Notes: generated by a model not told the origin, from the sequence alone. A stretch of DNA of 63,642 nt, filler included, from Octopus bimaculoides (GCF_001194135.2; 5 parts of 5 records of this genome joined end to end with filler, not necessarily neighbours in it), one strand, 5' to 3'. Numbered from the whole stretch's first letter, positions 1-13,470 are shown. Numbers and translations are program-made.

Positions 1-187
1 ATTGTTGGGACGTTGGTATGTAGATGTGAGCGAGCTGTCTAGCGTAAGTTCGAAAGATGGAGAGAGACAGCTAAACACGTCCTTGCTCAATCGCTGGCCA
101 GCAAGAAAGAGACAGATCAAAGCGGGAAAGCTTGGTTGTTGAATTCCACGCATGCGTGAGACTACGCATGCGCACAGCGTTACTACA
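1..187 (-). mobile_element. Gypsy-type LTR fragment, running off the left edge
   Basis: GCGTTACTACA at 177-187 reads TGTAGTAACGC on the minus strand, matching the terminus TGTAGTGACGC at 29139. Bases ~50-160 align by eye with the reverse complement of ~29230-29350. Confidence 0.7.
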
Positions 188-444
188 TACTAAAAGTTAA
201 GAAAAAAAAATGAAGAGGTAAAAACAAAAAGAAAACCCAAATCCTTGCCCTTTTCTTTCCCTATGAGGTAGAGATAGCGGTGTTCCAGTGACAATTTATA
301 ACAATAATTTTTTTAAAAAGGTACGCGTTTACCTGAAACATTTGCATGGCTACATAATAAGAATTGCATGGATTCCACAGTTTGTATTTTTGGTGAAACT
401 TAATTTTAGCAGTCTAAAATGCAAATGGAATTATTGAATGATTC

Positions 445-590
445 TTTCTATTAAAAGTATATTGGCCCCAGTGCTCAACTGGTATTTATTTTATCGACCC
501 CAATATTTGAACTCAGAACGTAAAGACGGACGAAATGCCACAAAGCATTTTGGGTTAATGAACCTGCCAGCTCACCGCTTCAAAGTAAAA
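445..590 (-). mobile_element. SINE family B copy (partial)
   Basis: Shares motifs (ctggtatttattttatcgacccc, atttgaactcagaacgtaaagac, ctgccagctcaccgc) with many other copies in the window. Confidence 0.75.
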
Positions 591-796
591 TAAATTATAG
601 AATACTCGGTATACAGAAATATTGCGACAGAAATATGACATGTCCAAATTTTAGTAACTAACCATGAGTAGAAACAAACACAACGCTAGTTTTACTGGAA
701 AACCCTTAACAGTTAGAGCGAACGTAAGTGACGGGGTTATTATCTATGCATACAAACCAATGTTCCCTCTGATTTTTTTTTTTTGTGGGTTTCTTC

Positions 797-1000
797 CTTT
801 TTTATCTTACTTATTTCAAAGCATTAGACTGCAATCATGCTGGGGCACCACCATGAAGAACTTTTTTAGTCGAATGTATTAAAAGCCTGGTACACATCTA
901 TCGATCTTTTGCCGAACCACTAAATTACAGGGACATAAACACACCAACATTGGTTGTCAAGTGATGATGGGGGGCGACAAACAGATACGAAGTCACACGT
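797..1000 (-). mobile_element. SINE family A, 3' half
   Basis: Reverse complement of the 3' half of the copy at 19333-19708. Confidence 0.75.
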
Positions 1001-1135
1001 AAACATATATATATATAAACAGGCTGTCTCCCAAAAGTGTATGCACACTTAAGCAGCTGATAACTCAATTGATAAAATTAGAAAATTACTATTTGTAAAT
1101 CTCACAAGGAGAGATATTCAGCAACAGTACTTTGT

Positions 1136-1401
1136 AGTAAAGATTATTTGCCAACATAACATGGCAGTCCTGGTTTAGGATGAATGTTGCTGTAATTTAG
1201 CTGATGAAGGGAAATAACCCGGAAATCGCGATACATAGATATTGTTTTGAGCTGAGTGGGGGTGCTAGATTCCTTTGTTCGAAAATATAAGGACAGATCG
1301 TGTCGTATATTCAGCTGGAGACGATGTCTCCTGGGGCTAAATTACAGCAACATTCGTCCTAAACCAGGACTGCCATGTTATGTTGACAAATAATCTTTAC
1401 T
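1136..1401. mobile_element. MITE/foldback with 66-bp inverted arms, nested in the mariner remnant
   Basis: 1136-1201 is the near-perfect reverse complement of 1336-1401. Confidence 0.85.
1201..1233 (+). ncRNA. Minimal hammerhead-like core (5' strand of stem I missing)
   Basis: CTGATGA, then AGGG-aaataa-CCCG, then GAA, then the palindrome ATCGCGAT, then A. Confidence 0.45.
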
Positions 1402-2260
1402 CCAACTCAGTTGATGTTTTTTTCTTTCCAAATGAAACCCAGTGAAATTAATGTTGGCAGATAGACTTTGAACAAAGGAAATTCATTCTAAAATGCTACT
1501 GGAAGTGTGAAAACGCAGTTAAAGTGCAAAGACAGTTTAACAGGGAATTTCAAATAGATCCACCAATGCGACTTACCATCACTCGAATTAGAGATAAGTT
1601 TGAAGCCGATGGAACTGTTCAAAATGTCCATGAGAAGCGTTCCGAAAGACCACGAAAATCGACAACCTCCACAAACCAAGAAGGAGTGCTGGAAATGTAT
1701 CACCAATGTCCAAGAAAGTCTATGCGGCAAGAGGGTCGTGGGGTAGGTATGTCAAAATCGTCTGTCCAACGCATTTTGAAGCGTTGTCAATGGAAAAGTT
1801 ACGTTCCAAGATTAGTCCATGCTACTAATGATGATTATCCGGACCGAAGAGTGTAGTATTACGACTGGCACTTGGCACGATGTGTAGAATATGCACACTT
1901 TCCAACGCTGTCTCTCATAGGGGCGGACCCGGGGGGAGGGGAGAGAATAAGGGGCACGTATCCCCAACTCAAGAAAAGAAGTGCGCACTTCTAAATAATG
2001 TTATTACGCCCTTTTTCTTTTTCATGGAATTGTATTCCCTTCTGGCCTTGTACCCTCCCTTCGAAAAATTCCTAGGACTGCGCCTATTTGAAACTTGTCC
2101 AATCAAACTTTTGCCTGTTCTGTGTATCAAGTGATAAACAGGGCGTATTTCTCTGATGACCATGCATCATATATGATACACATTCTCAATGCTTTTCAAC
2201 CACCAGAGTAACTTGAGACTTACAAAAGAAAAACTTTATATTACTCTGAACCTATAAAAC

Positions 2261-2643
2261 TATAAGAGTTGGATGAGATATGATGGCTTGGCCATCTCTC
2301 CCCAGCTCTTATATTATTTATTAAATTCAGAAATACAACAAACACGAGGGTCAACGGTAACAACCGATCAATAATTTATATCTGGTTGGTATAGAGCCGT
2401 TTGGTTCCTGGTTGAACAGGCATGCCGCTCTAATACCAAAGGAAGCTTCGACCACATGTCGGTGGAGAGCTGAGAGAATACGTGTTGACACGACGCCTGC
2501 TGGATGAATAAGAGAGGGAACGCTATAGCTTTTTTCTCCACGTGTTGCATTGCGCATGCGTGCTCGGGTACTTCCGCTGACGGCAAATCCCTTGCACGTG
2601 CGCAATGGCACTTCCCAAGGTGGCGGCCACACGCGCCACTACA
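2261..2643 (-). mobile_element. Solo LTR (Gypsy-type, same family as 29139)
   Basis: Minus-strand terminus TGTAGTGGCGC. 4-bp TSD AAAC at 2257-2260 and 2644-2647. Length 383 bp versus 393 bp for the 29139 LTR. The far terminus is decayed (TA for TG). Confidence 0.65.
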
Positions 2644-4479
2644 AAACAAAGGATAACTAAAAGTCTAAAAAACAAACATGGACGTTTAGGATAAACTTAT
2701 GAAAACGCTAAGGGTTAAAGAAATTCGACTTCATCATAAAAGCATTGGATACGCACAGAAGCGCACAGCTTTGGAACACTGCATAGTAAATACTCCTCCA
2801 ACTATTCTAATTAGTAACGAAGATTGGGAATAAAAGCTAAATATAAAATATCTAGATTCAAGGAGACAATAAAAATGATCAAAGAAATATTTTTCTAACA
2901 GGAAAAACCATTAAAATCTTAAACAATTTTCATCCTACTTAGCAAAATGTATTTGATCAACTTTGTTATCAAAATTTTTATTTGGAAAAAGAATAATCTT
3001 CATTATGAGGTGAACATTTTTAAACGTATAATATATGTAGGTATATGGTATGTTTCTTTATAAATCTGCAAAAATCTGCAGACCATAAACTTTCCTTTCA
3101 GAATAGGAGTCATATAATCGCTCAATTTCATTTATCTTTTATTTCCGCTGGCTTAACCTGAACGCAAAAATCTTTGGTACTATTTATGTTGAAATGAATA
3201 TCACCTCAACTAATAAATATATAAATGAAATATTCTCGAGATATTATCATGTGTGCCAACATTTTGCATTTTAACTAATAGGATTCCCGGTTTTCCTAAG
3301 TCATATATAAATTTCTCAGGAGAAAAAGAAATTAACCAAAGTCTAAACTCCTAATAAATTGCAAACGAATCTTTTTTTTTTTTTAATAAATTAACAATTT
3401 ATTTCAATTCTAAATGAGTTGAGATTCAATATATAACTCTGGGAAAAATGTTATTTCCATCTGATAGGAAGCTTCTTAAATTGCAAGTTAATTGAATGAC
3501 TGCGATTAAATTTAATGACTGAAATTAGGAAAATAATTTTATAAAATGATCTGAAGTAAGCTTCGGAAGTTTGTTTTCATTCATCAATTAATAATCTATT
3601 TTCGACTGTTTCTTTGAAGTACGGTATTTCCTATTCTATTGCTATTTAAACGCCTCTTCACAATTACAAAATTTCTATCGGAAACGATCTTTGAGGAGTG
3701 CCAGCAACATTCACCTAACATCTTGCCGTAAGATAAAAGCTTCATTTCGGTAAATAATACGTTTTCAACTTTTTTTTCGATTTATTTCAGCAAAATGCTT
3801 ATATTCTGCTTTTATTAAAATAATAATAATAATAATAATAAACTACTTAAGTACAATGTGATTTACTCAAGCACAATGTGATCCTCAATATAATTGCGAC
3901 CCCCATATTTTCTATCTAAAAATCTAACATAGTTTGCTCTTATTTTTACACGCTAGTACATACAATACTACCCACAATTTATTCTACCTAAAAATCTTTT
4001 TGTCTTTACACTCGAATATAATGAGAATCAGTTTTCTACCTAAGAATCCTCCGCCACACACTTTTTCTACCTAAAAAAGTCTCCTACTCATTTTTACACT
4101 TGGGTGTCAAATTTCCCGAGTTTTTTTGTTAAACTTTACGGTTTTTATAAAAATTCTTGAAATATTTTAATCTAGTTTTTACTCTCGAGTATGATTGCAA
4201 CCTTCACTATTTATTTTCTCCGCAAAAATCACTTATTTCTTCCTATTTTTACACTCGAATATAATGCAACCTCGTCAGATGAAAGTCGCATTATATTCAA
4301 GTAGGGATAGTAAATGCTTAGCAGCATTAACCTCCAGTATAATGCTTCCTTCCACAACTAATTTTGACTCTGATGTTTGTATTAAATATTTTGAATTATA
4401 CATGAATAAGTACGATAGTTACAAAATGGGCAAACCTACACAAGTGTGCCCCACCCTACGATTTGTTCCATCATAACCT

Positions 4480-6280
4480 TCAGACAAATGGATACTTTCT
4501 AATGAAATTTTCTAAATACACTTCAGATGATGTGGATTCCGATTATATCGGAATCTGTTGTGTAAAGTTTCCCGGAGGTGGGGAGTTTCGGAAAATTCAC
4601 ACGAGTCGGTTTTGTTTCTTCATAACTTTCAGAAAAATTAGTGTTTTTAATGAAATTTTCTACAAATAACTTTCAGAGTGTTTAAATTAGTTTTATTTGA
4701 ATTTGAAGTGAAAAGGAAACCGGTGAGAACGTACACATACATACTGACATACATCACAATTTTTTTTTATTTTTTTTTTAGGGTTTGGGTTAGGGAATTC
4801 CGTCCCTAACCGTAACCGTAACGCTAACCCTNNNNNNNNNNNNNNNNNNNNNNNNNNNNNNNNNNNNNNNNNNNNNNNNNNNNNNNNNNNNNNNNNNNNN
4901 NNNNNNNNNNNNNNNNNNNNNNNNNNNNNNNNNNNNNNNNNNNNNNNNNNNNNNNNNNNNNNNNNNNNNNNNNNNNNNNNNNNNNNNNNNNNNNNNNNNN
5001 NNNNNNNNNNNNNNNNNNNNNNNNNNNNNNNNNNNNNNNNNNNNNNNNNNNNNNNNNNNNNNNNNNNNNNNNNNNNNNNNNNNNNNNNNNNNNNNNNNNN
5101 NNNNNNNNNNNNNNNNNNNNNNNNNNNNNNNNNNNNNNNNNNNNNNNNNNNNNNNNNNNNNNNNNNNNNNNNNNNNNNNNNATAAAGAAATTTATGGGGA
5201 AAATGTTTTCCGAAAGGGTAGGGAAAGAACTCTCGGAAAATTCACACGATCAGATTTTTTCCCTCATAACTTTCAGGAAAATGGATATATCTTAATGAAA
5301 TTTTACAGAAACACCTTTCAAACAGCATAGATTACGATTATAAAGAAATTTATGGGGAAAATGTTTTCCGAAAGGGTAGGGAAAGAACTCTCGGAAAATT
5401 CACACGATCCGTTTTTTTCCTTCATAACTTTCAGGATCAAGTTTAGCGTCCGGTCACGAAAACGAAAACGAAAAAAAAAATAGGTGTAAAAAAAACGTAT
5501 AGAAAACGAATATGAAAACAAAAATTTGCACAAACATACATGTACATACCTTCGTCTTGGCAACGATTCGAGAGATGAAGGTATAATTTGGTTACCTCTA
5601 TGAAGAACTTGTGCAACAGACTTTCTTCATGTTGAGAAATTATAAATAAATATCTTGCAAGATATTGTTGCAGATATTTTGATCGAATTCATGGCTTTTT
5701 GATTGATGTTTTTTTTATGTTCCTCCAAAGTCTTTCAATGTTTTGTGTGTGTATTTTCTCTGGGTGCTATCTTCAAAATTGTTTAGAGTGAGGCATTTTC
5801 GCATCGTTGTTCCAATGTCCTCTCCCCATTCCTTCGGAAAACATTTTCCTCACGAATCTCTTTATAATCGTAATCTATGCCGTTTGAAAAGTGTTTCTGT
5901 AAAATTTCATTGAAGGATATCCATTTTCCTGAAAGTTCTGAGGGATAAAATCGGATCGTGTGAATTTTCCGAAAGCCCTCTCCCTACCACCTAGGCCTCT
6001 GTTCTCTTGCGCAAATTTTTTTTTATCTCCGTTTTCTACACATTTTTTTTTACACCTATTAAACTGGGGTTTTGTTTTTTTTTCGTTTTGGTGACCGGGC
6101 GCTAATGTAGATTCTGAAAGTTATGAGGGGGGAAAAGAATCGTGTGAATATTCCGAAATCCTTTCCCTGCCCCACTTCGTTCGTTTGAGCAAATTTTTGT
6201 TTTCATATTCGTTTTCTACTCATTTGTTTACACCTAGTAGGCGGGGAGGGTGTCTTTTTTTCGTGACCCAGAATTCTGGT
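4480..6280. repeat. Foldback-like array of ~158-bp modules in direct and inverted orientation
   Basis: Direct units start at 5182 and 5340. An inverted copy lies at ~5830-5985, with diverged modules at 4480-4680 and 6090-6200. Confidence 0.75.
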
Positions 6281-6372
6281 TTAAGCGTCTTCATAACTTT
6301 TTTTTTATTTTTGGCAATGGTTCTCAAAGTGATCTTTGGAAAATTGACCAGGCTGAAGTAAGCCACTAGTTT

Positions 6373-8340
6373 CTATATTAATGACATTTTAGTGTATGGG
6401 ATTGCAGTGTTGGTAGTGGACGTTGTNNNNNNNNNNNNNNNNNNNNNNNNNNNNNNNNNNNNNNNNNNNNNNNNNNNNNNNNNNNNNNNNNNNNNNNNNN
6501 NNNNNNNNNNNNNNNNNNNNNNNNNNATTAATGACATTTTAGTGTTGGGGCTCAAGCTGGCGAGAGACAAGATAGACATAGATGAAACAAGATTCCAAAC
6601 CTGAGCGAGTGCATGATAGGCGAGAACTATCCTCATTGTGCGGGAAAATGGTAAGCCGCTACCCTATCGTATAATGGATTCAGAGAGCATGCATGTGTAT
6701 CATGAGGAAGATCAAAGGAGTGAGCTGGAGTGACAGTGGGAGAGAATACAATTGCCATGATAGTAGACGTTTTTAGAAAAAATGAGAAGACCCAGTATAA
6801 CCTGTTTCATGGTCGGGTAAGTCGGCAACTCTTCTACCTAGCTTGTCAGGTGAGGAAGAGGGTGTTGTGAACACTGCAGGAATAAAAATAAGATCTGTCA
6901 AAGGACAAATGAGCTCATAGTGAATCAATGGCCATCCATATGAGTAGTGTCTCGTAAAAACATCCTGAACGTAGGTTGGCAGACTATAGCCACGGAAATT
7001 TCAATGGAAGTCATACCGTGCTCTAGAGCTGAAGTGGACGTCCTCAATTGATTTGGCGTATAGCGAGAAGAATATGTTCCCAAATCAGAAAAAGTAATCG
7101 TATGGTGTGACACAAATAGTACAACAGTAGGAGCCGTTCTGGAAATAGGGGCTGCTGAGGCAAGAAGGACTATAACAATTACATCAATCATATAACTGAG
7201 CTACACGCTGTGCTCGAGAGCGTGAATCTGGCACTGAGATGAGGATTGCACACTATCGAGATTCGAACTGACTCAGCAACGGTACATGGATGAGTGGGAT
7301 CAGGGATCATCAATCAGAAGGGAATACGAATGAAAGTGGGCACAGAAACGAAAGTCAAGCATCACCTAGGAATTTTTAGAGAGCTAGCAGCTACGTTCAA
7401 CATGAAGCTGCCAATAGTCTTTGTATCTTCGGAAAAATAAGGCGGGTATCCTTACCGAGAAAATAAAGCCCTATTGGGTATGCCAGAAAATTTACAAAGA
7501 GGGCGTCTGCAACGTGTCGGCTGGAGAGTTTGGAGCTGAGGGGGCTGCACAACATGGTCGTATGAGAATAGACAGGATCCTATTTTTGAGAAGGATTTGT
7601 GACAGGTGTCAGTCCATTTACCCCGCACCGAATGTGCACGAGACTGGGAAGATTCAGGTGGAGGAACATTGGAAGAGGCTGGTAATTGATGCAAAGCTCT
7701 ACCAGGGAAGATCATACCTCTCGATGACCGATTGTGGATCAGTGGGGATGACTATATGGGAGAGAAATCCGGGTTGGGATTGCGGCTGAAACTGCAAGGT
7801 TGCTGAATGAGATGTTCTTGGAAATGGGCCCAGTGTACGAGCTATTGATGGACTGTAGGGTTGCTGGAGGAAACGCTCGATAGGTGGAATATCAGGCGTT
7901 TCTTCAGAGCTGCGTATATGCCAAACGAGAATTCTGGTAAGATCTCATCGCGCCGAGAGTTAGGTGGCAATCCTCTCCGTTGAAGTAGTCTTCTGGTACA
8001 ACATGTCACTCAGGACAAGACAAGCTGGGAGTCAGTCCCACAAAGATCAGTGCTCACGTATGAATAGAGGCACCGGAGAACAGTATTGCAATGTTTTGAG
8101 GTAAAGGAAGAATTAGCATCACTTTAGGTCGGAGATGAGGTTTGGATGAAGCCACCCAATGTACTATGCGCAGCCCAATGAGGAAGAGGAATGGTTACGA
8201 AAGAGCACTCTCGAAACAATGTATCATATTTTGGACATCTATAACGTCGTCAGTTTTTCAGACGACGAAAGGCAAGGAGAGGGAAAAGCCAGAAATGAAA
8301 TGAGCATCCCTTTGAAGTCTCTCCCACAATTTTTTACTTA
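6373..8340 (+). mobile_element. Degraded Gypsy-type LTR retrotransposon pol (RT-RNaseH-integrase)
   Basis: RT motif YINDILV (YIDD-like). RNaseH motifs VWCD, HITELHAV, EIRTDSATV and VSSEK. Integrase CDRCQSIYPAP...WKRLVID...YLSMTDCG. Many stops and frameshifts. Confidence 0.85.
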
Positions 8341-9266
8341 TACAAGATATCGTTGACTACCCATCACAGTATTTTGCCCGACAAAGTTTGACCAAGTCTC
8401 TCTTGAGTTTTTAATCCTTCTTTTGTACTTTGAGAAAATTTTATCCCATGAGGGTCTTGTCTTGTTTTGATGTCGTGCTGACAAGGTGGGATTTCTTTGA
8501 ATTTGGAACATAAAGAGATGTAACTAAACACAGCTGCGTATTTTCTCCGGCATTCTACTGTGTTTCTGTTATTTACCAACCTTCACTGACTTAATATAGG
8601 ATCACACAGTTAGTCTTCCATTTTTTATTTTCTCTGGGTATGGAAAAGAAAAATCCCCTAAAATTACAAAATGTTTCTCGATTCCTTCTCATTGTTTGTA
8701 TTCTGGACTTCAGGGGTTGAAAACAATTCATATGGAGATACAACATCGACTTTCCGAGCAGTAATGGTCCAGAATCTCTTATAATCAACACTAATTTACA
8801 ATCAGAAACTTTAAATTCTTGCGGCCGCCACACTTTTTTACGGGTACCTTACACAGACTGCCTTGCACAGTTCAATATTAATAAACTAGCATCGTTTATA
8901 CTGACGTATAGGTACCCGTATTTCCGTTTGGCTGCCAATTTCAATTTCTGTTCGAACTGATTCCATATTCAATGTAATGATACACTTTTATAGGCTAATC
9001 AGTGTCATGAAAATCATTTTCGCTATAAATCAATAAATAAAAAGTTATTAGCAATTAAAGTTTGAAAATTTGCATATGAAAGCCCGTAGTGGAAACTGAT
9101 AGATTAGAACACCGCATAAAAAATGTTACAGTATTTATAAAAGATACTCCCTTACCACTCACTCACGATCTGTCAGTAGGAAAGCTATAACCAAACGGTG
9201 TGTGTGTTAGACTGGTTAACATGCAGTTTACCGTCGTATTCCACAGAACGAAATGATTTTTGAACT

Positions 9267-9600
9267 GTGAGTAATCGGTGCGACTTCCTAAGAGATATAT
9301 GTGAACAGTAGTTGGAAGTTCATCCACAGCAATTCAGTGGATAGGGTGATGCGGGAAATCCCATTACTATGGAAATACACTAATTCAAATATATGCATTG
9401 GAAATATAACCGAGAGTGGCATGAAGAACCTTGGGTGTTTGGTGCAGTAGAAAGAGGTGCAAAAAAACGCCCCTTGATGGAGGTCTCCAATTGCACGCGC
9501 GGAACATTTTGCTCATTATAAGGCATTGGATATTGTTTTGGAACACGCTTGATATCCGATGGGTGGGCTTCCTATGTAGGTCTCAGTGACATTGCTTACA
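9267..9600 (+). mobile_element. Merlin (IS1595-like) transposase remnant
   Basis: Reads KYNREWHEEPWVFGAVERG...MEVSN, then after a frameshift IIRHWILFGTRLISDGWASY. This matches Merlin KYNRG..WVFG.IER..ILPGT.IISDGW.AY motifs. Confidence 0.8.
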
Positions 9601-10163
9601 TGAAATTACGGAATGTTGCTGTCGTCACTATTGCAATTTACTTTTAATTTTGTTAAGACAATTTACTTTTACTTTTTTTACGGTGGTAAACTGCACGTTG
9701 ATCGTTGGACTTCCGTCGTTTGACGATGGGGATTTAGTTATTTGGTCGACTGAGTTACTTGCTCCTGAATTAATGTGCAAGTCGCTGGTCATTCCACAAG
9801 CATGTGTGTCCTATACGTAATTCTCAGGTAGAACCAGTGCGACACAATGTGTGACAAGGCTGTGCACTTTTGAATTGCGTGTACTTTCCACCCGGTGACC
9901 TTCTGTATAATCTTCATTAACCCAATTTCACTCATAAGGTATGGATCGACTGGAAGTTATAGAAATGATAGTTTGTCCAAGATGTCACGCAGAGGGATCG
10001 AACCTAGCACCTCACGCTTACCATACTGCACTTTTCTAAAAATATGAGTAATCATGTAGCTCCTCTACTACAAGAAACTTGCTCTGGTCACTTTTCTCAT
10101 AATTTTACCTATCTTTTGCTTTCATCTCCTATCATAAAGCTCCCCTCTGCATCGAGGAGGAGG

Positions 10164-10385
10164 CGCTGTTCGTGGTCTAGCAAACTGCAGAACAACCACA
10201 CAAGAACCGGTGGCTCAAAGCAACCAGTACACACTGTTAAGTGGTTGGCGTTAGGAAGGAAAGGCATCGATCGAGTCGTAGAAACAATGCCGAAGCAAAC
10301 AATGGATACAATGCAGACCTTAAGCCCATCGGATCCTCTCAAGTTGTCCATCCAATGCCAGCATGGAACAAGGACGTTAAATGAT
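10164..10385 (+). mobile_element. RTE LINE 3' end fragment
   Basis: gtggttggcgttaggaagg...ccagcatggaacaaggacgttaaatgatg is the reverse complement of the 3' tail at 33164-33310. Confidence 0.7.
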
Positions 10386-12539
10386 GCAACAGCTGCTGCT
10401 GCTGCTGATATATTTCTATTTCAAAATGGTGTGTAAGCACCATAAAACATATGCACAGTATCTTTTAAGCGAACTGAGTATGAAACCGATTGATTTTTTT
10501 TTCTCTCTTTGACTTTCCTTGTATCACTAACATTCTTAGAAAGGCATGAATGTCATAAGTTCCAGTTTCACCTTTTCAAAATTTCTTATACCATATCTAT
10601 ATATAAGGAATACTTGTATTTGATATTGTTTATTTATCCAAATTCCGAATTTGTCTTTTTCTATCCTCAAGTGATTTTTCTATACAGTAAAAAAATCGCT
10701 AATAAACTGAACTCGAAATAATAGAACACATTCTATTTAAGTATCTTTTCGAAAAGAAAAGAGGGGAGGAAAAAGCGTCCTGTTCAGAACGAAAGACAAA
10801 AATTAGTAAGAAAACAGAGGCTGAAAAGCAAACTAAACATTCGAATATGTAAAAGACAAAAGTAATAACAGTGTAAAATATAAAACTAGTTAGTATATTC
10901 TTTTCATAGATGTAATTGAAAATGAAGACTTACTAGTTCACACGCATATCTTTAAAAGGAATTCGCATGTAGGAAAAGATACATATTAATGTTTTCCCCA
11001 ACTTTCTAAGCGTCTGCATTTCAAAGTAAGCGCATGAGCACTAACTGATTTACTTTCTGCTCACAACAGTTTTACTTTATTTTTGGTGAATTCGTTTCAT
11101 TTTATATGAATTCACTCATATCTTGACTGTATTATAGTAATTGATTTAGTACATAAGTGATGTCTTCTTTATCGATTCCGAGATAGGGTGAAAGGCAAAG
11201 TTGAAATCGGTGGGATTTGTACTGAAAACGTAAAGGGCTGTAACTGACCGAATACCTCAAACATTTTGTCTAACGATTCGGCCAATCCATTGCCTACTTT
11301 TAACTTTTGTTTAACCACGATGCGAGGCCTCAACGAGCAGGTCTATGATCAAAGACTTTCCGATTATGACCTTCTCGTCTTCTAACGGGTATCTACATTA
11401 TCTAGTTTAGTGTATGAAACAAAAACTTTTCAAAATGGGAAATAACATGTCCGATTCATTCGCGCAAAAATGCACGGAGGTCCGAAATCAGGTTTCTCAA
11501 TGCCCGCTTTCTTTAAAGACGTTCCAACCGTGACCGCCCAGACTCCTTTAAAAACATTCCATACGTGACCATCTCGTCTTTTTTAAATCAATAACTCTTT
11601 TCTAGGATCTTTCTAATTTGACGGGCAACACTTTTCATTTATGTTTTACGTAGTGTTTTTGGTACCGAAACACTTTCAAACTTCGTATACTTGTATATTT
11701 TGTGTTATAGAACAATAAATGTTTATGTTAATTTTAAAATTTGTCAGCAAAATCTTATAAAAAGACAATGTTCTAAAACATGTACATGTTTATATGTTAT
11801 ATATGAAAATAAAATACTCGAAAATATTACACTGCAAGTATTACATCGTAATTTTGAACTGTTGTATCGTCTTCAGGAGTAAAAGTTGGTCAGTACAGTT
11901 GTTGATGTTGATAGTTTGAAACAGGTACTTTTCGTCCAATGAATTTTCACTCAACTTTGACTCGATTGTAATTGAGATTGCTAATAAAATATCTGGTGTT
12001 TAACAATCAAAATTCCTTTCTCTGTTGGATGCTCCAAGCTAGTTTTTATCCACACTAACGTCTAATTTGATAGATTTCAAAAAGATGTCTAAACTGGGGC
12101 AAAATAAGTAATGATTAATTTCAACAATTTCTTTTCTTTAATTGCATGCTAGAATTGTCAATGATTAAAATTTCTTTGATAAGATCCATAAAAATATTGA
12201 AAACAAACATCATTTTAAATAACACCTGAAAAATGAACAACAGAAATAGTTATGAGTGGAACACTTTTGGCAATTGGTCAACTGGAGCAGAGCTGACCTG
12301 GGCTAAACAACAACTGGTGACAGCCAATGAGGAGTCATCTGTGCAGTCACATGAACTGCTAAAAATACAGATAAATCTCCATCTGGAGAGAACAGTCTAT
12401 TATTGTAGTAGATGATTAAACCTGGGAAGCCTTGATCCAGCAAACCTCTCTGGTCAATGATGTTTCAGTAATGATTTGGCTACTATAAAATCAGCAGAAT
12501 CTGCAAAGACAGCTTAATTAGCTGTTTGCCTGTCTGAAG

Positions 12540-12660
12540 TATTTTCATAACTTTATCCTCAACATCCATGCTTGTTTTGAAACTTTTAATTAGCCCTTGT
12601 TTCATACACTTGGAGCAATATAAATTTTTCTGCTAATAAGCCCCAAGTTACTCTAGTGGT
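12540..12660 (-). mobile_element. Possible pogo/Tigger transposase remnant
   Basis: The minus strand gives MKQGLIKSFK, similar to the DDE_1 motif PMDQGIIKSFK. Only this short motif was seen. Confidence 0.3.
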
Positions 12661-13470
12661 TGAAAAAATTGGGAATGTGCATCATATATGAAATATGTTC
12701 TGCATATTGCATGATAAACAGGACAGGCAAAGGGTTGACAGCATTTAGAGCAAAAATATTCATCACAATACTCCAAGGACATAGTCATAGCCATAGCACC
12801 CGGTCTTTTTCCAATTGATCGAGAATAAACAACTGGTTCTAGAAAATAAGGAAAATTGATTAGGGCTTCTTCATTATCCAGTTGATCTCTGAGTGTTTCA
12901 GGAACCTATTGGCATAGACAGCAGACTCCAGTTTCCCTTTGAGTATCTAGACTGATGCAAATAATATCAAAACAATTCCTTAAAGTTCTCATCTAATTAA
13001 GGTGGAACAAATGGCAAAATGCTTTGCAGTATTTAGTCATGTTTGCTTACTAGCTTGAGATCAAATCTTGCTGGAGTCGGCTTTGCTTTTCATTCTTCCA
13101 ACATGGATAAAATAAATATCAGCCAACCACTGGATTCAGTTTGATAATTGATGGCCTCTCTTCACATTTTACCTGTGTCTGTTAGGAATCATTATGCTGT
13201 ATTTTTAAAATACTTATCAGGCAGTAGAGCTTCGTGCAGTCTTCAACCTTATCAGTTCCTGTTAAATCATCCAACCCATGTTGAGTGGTATGGTCTGCTT
13301 TATTATTATTTTTTTTTAGTTCAGGAATGGCTTTCAGTTTTCCTAGACAATAATGTAATCTATTAATGGTGTAATCTATCTGACTGCAGTTCTGGTTATA
13401 TTATAGTCTGTCTGATTGAGGGTCTAGTTGTCATGCAAGATTCATGTTACCCATCATTTCACTGAATAGT

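Larger units (their letters stand above)
1020..1880 (+). mobile_element. Tc1/mariner-superfamily transposon remnant (N-terminal HTH part of transposase)
   Basis: The frame reads [52 protein letters not shown]...[10 protein letters not shown]...RLVHA, a DUF4817-type mariner N-terminus. A TIR-like CAGGCTGTCTCCC starts at 1020. No DDD/DDE domain is present. Confidence 0.8.

Noticed and set aside
6376-6545. 18-nt direct repeat attaatgacattttagtg on both sides of a 100-N gap
   Set aside because: Most likely overlapping contig ends in the Gypsy RT region.
10044-10436. 130-aa ORF
   Set aside because: Mostly the 3' UTR of an RTE LINE plus a (GCT)n run.
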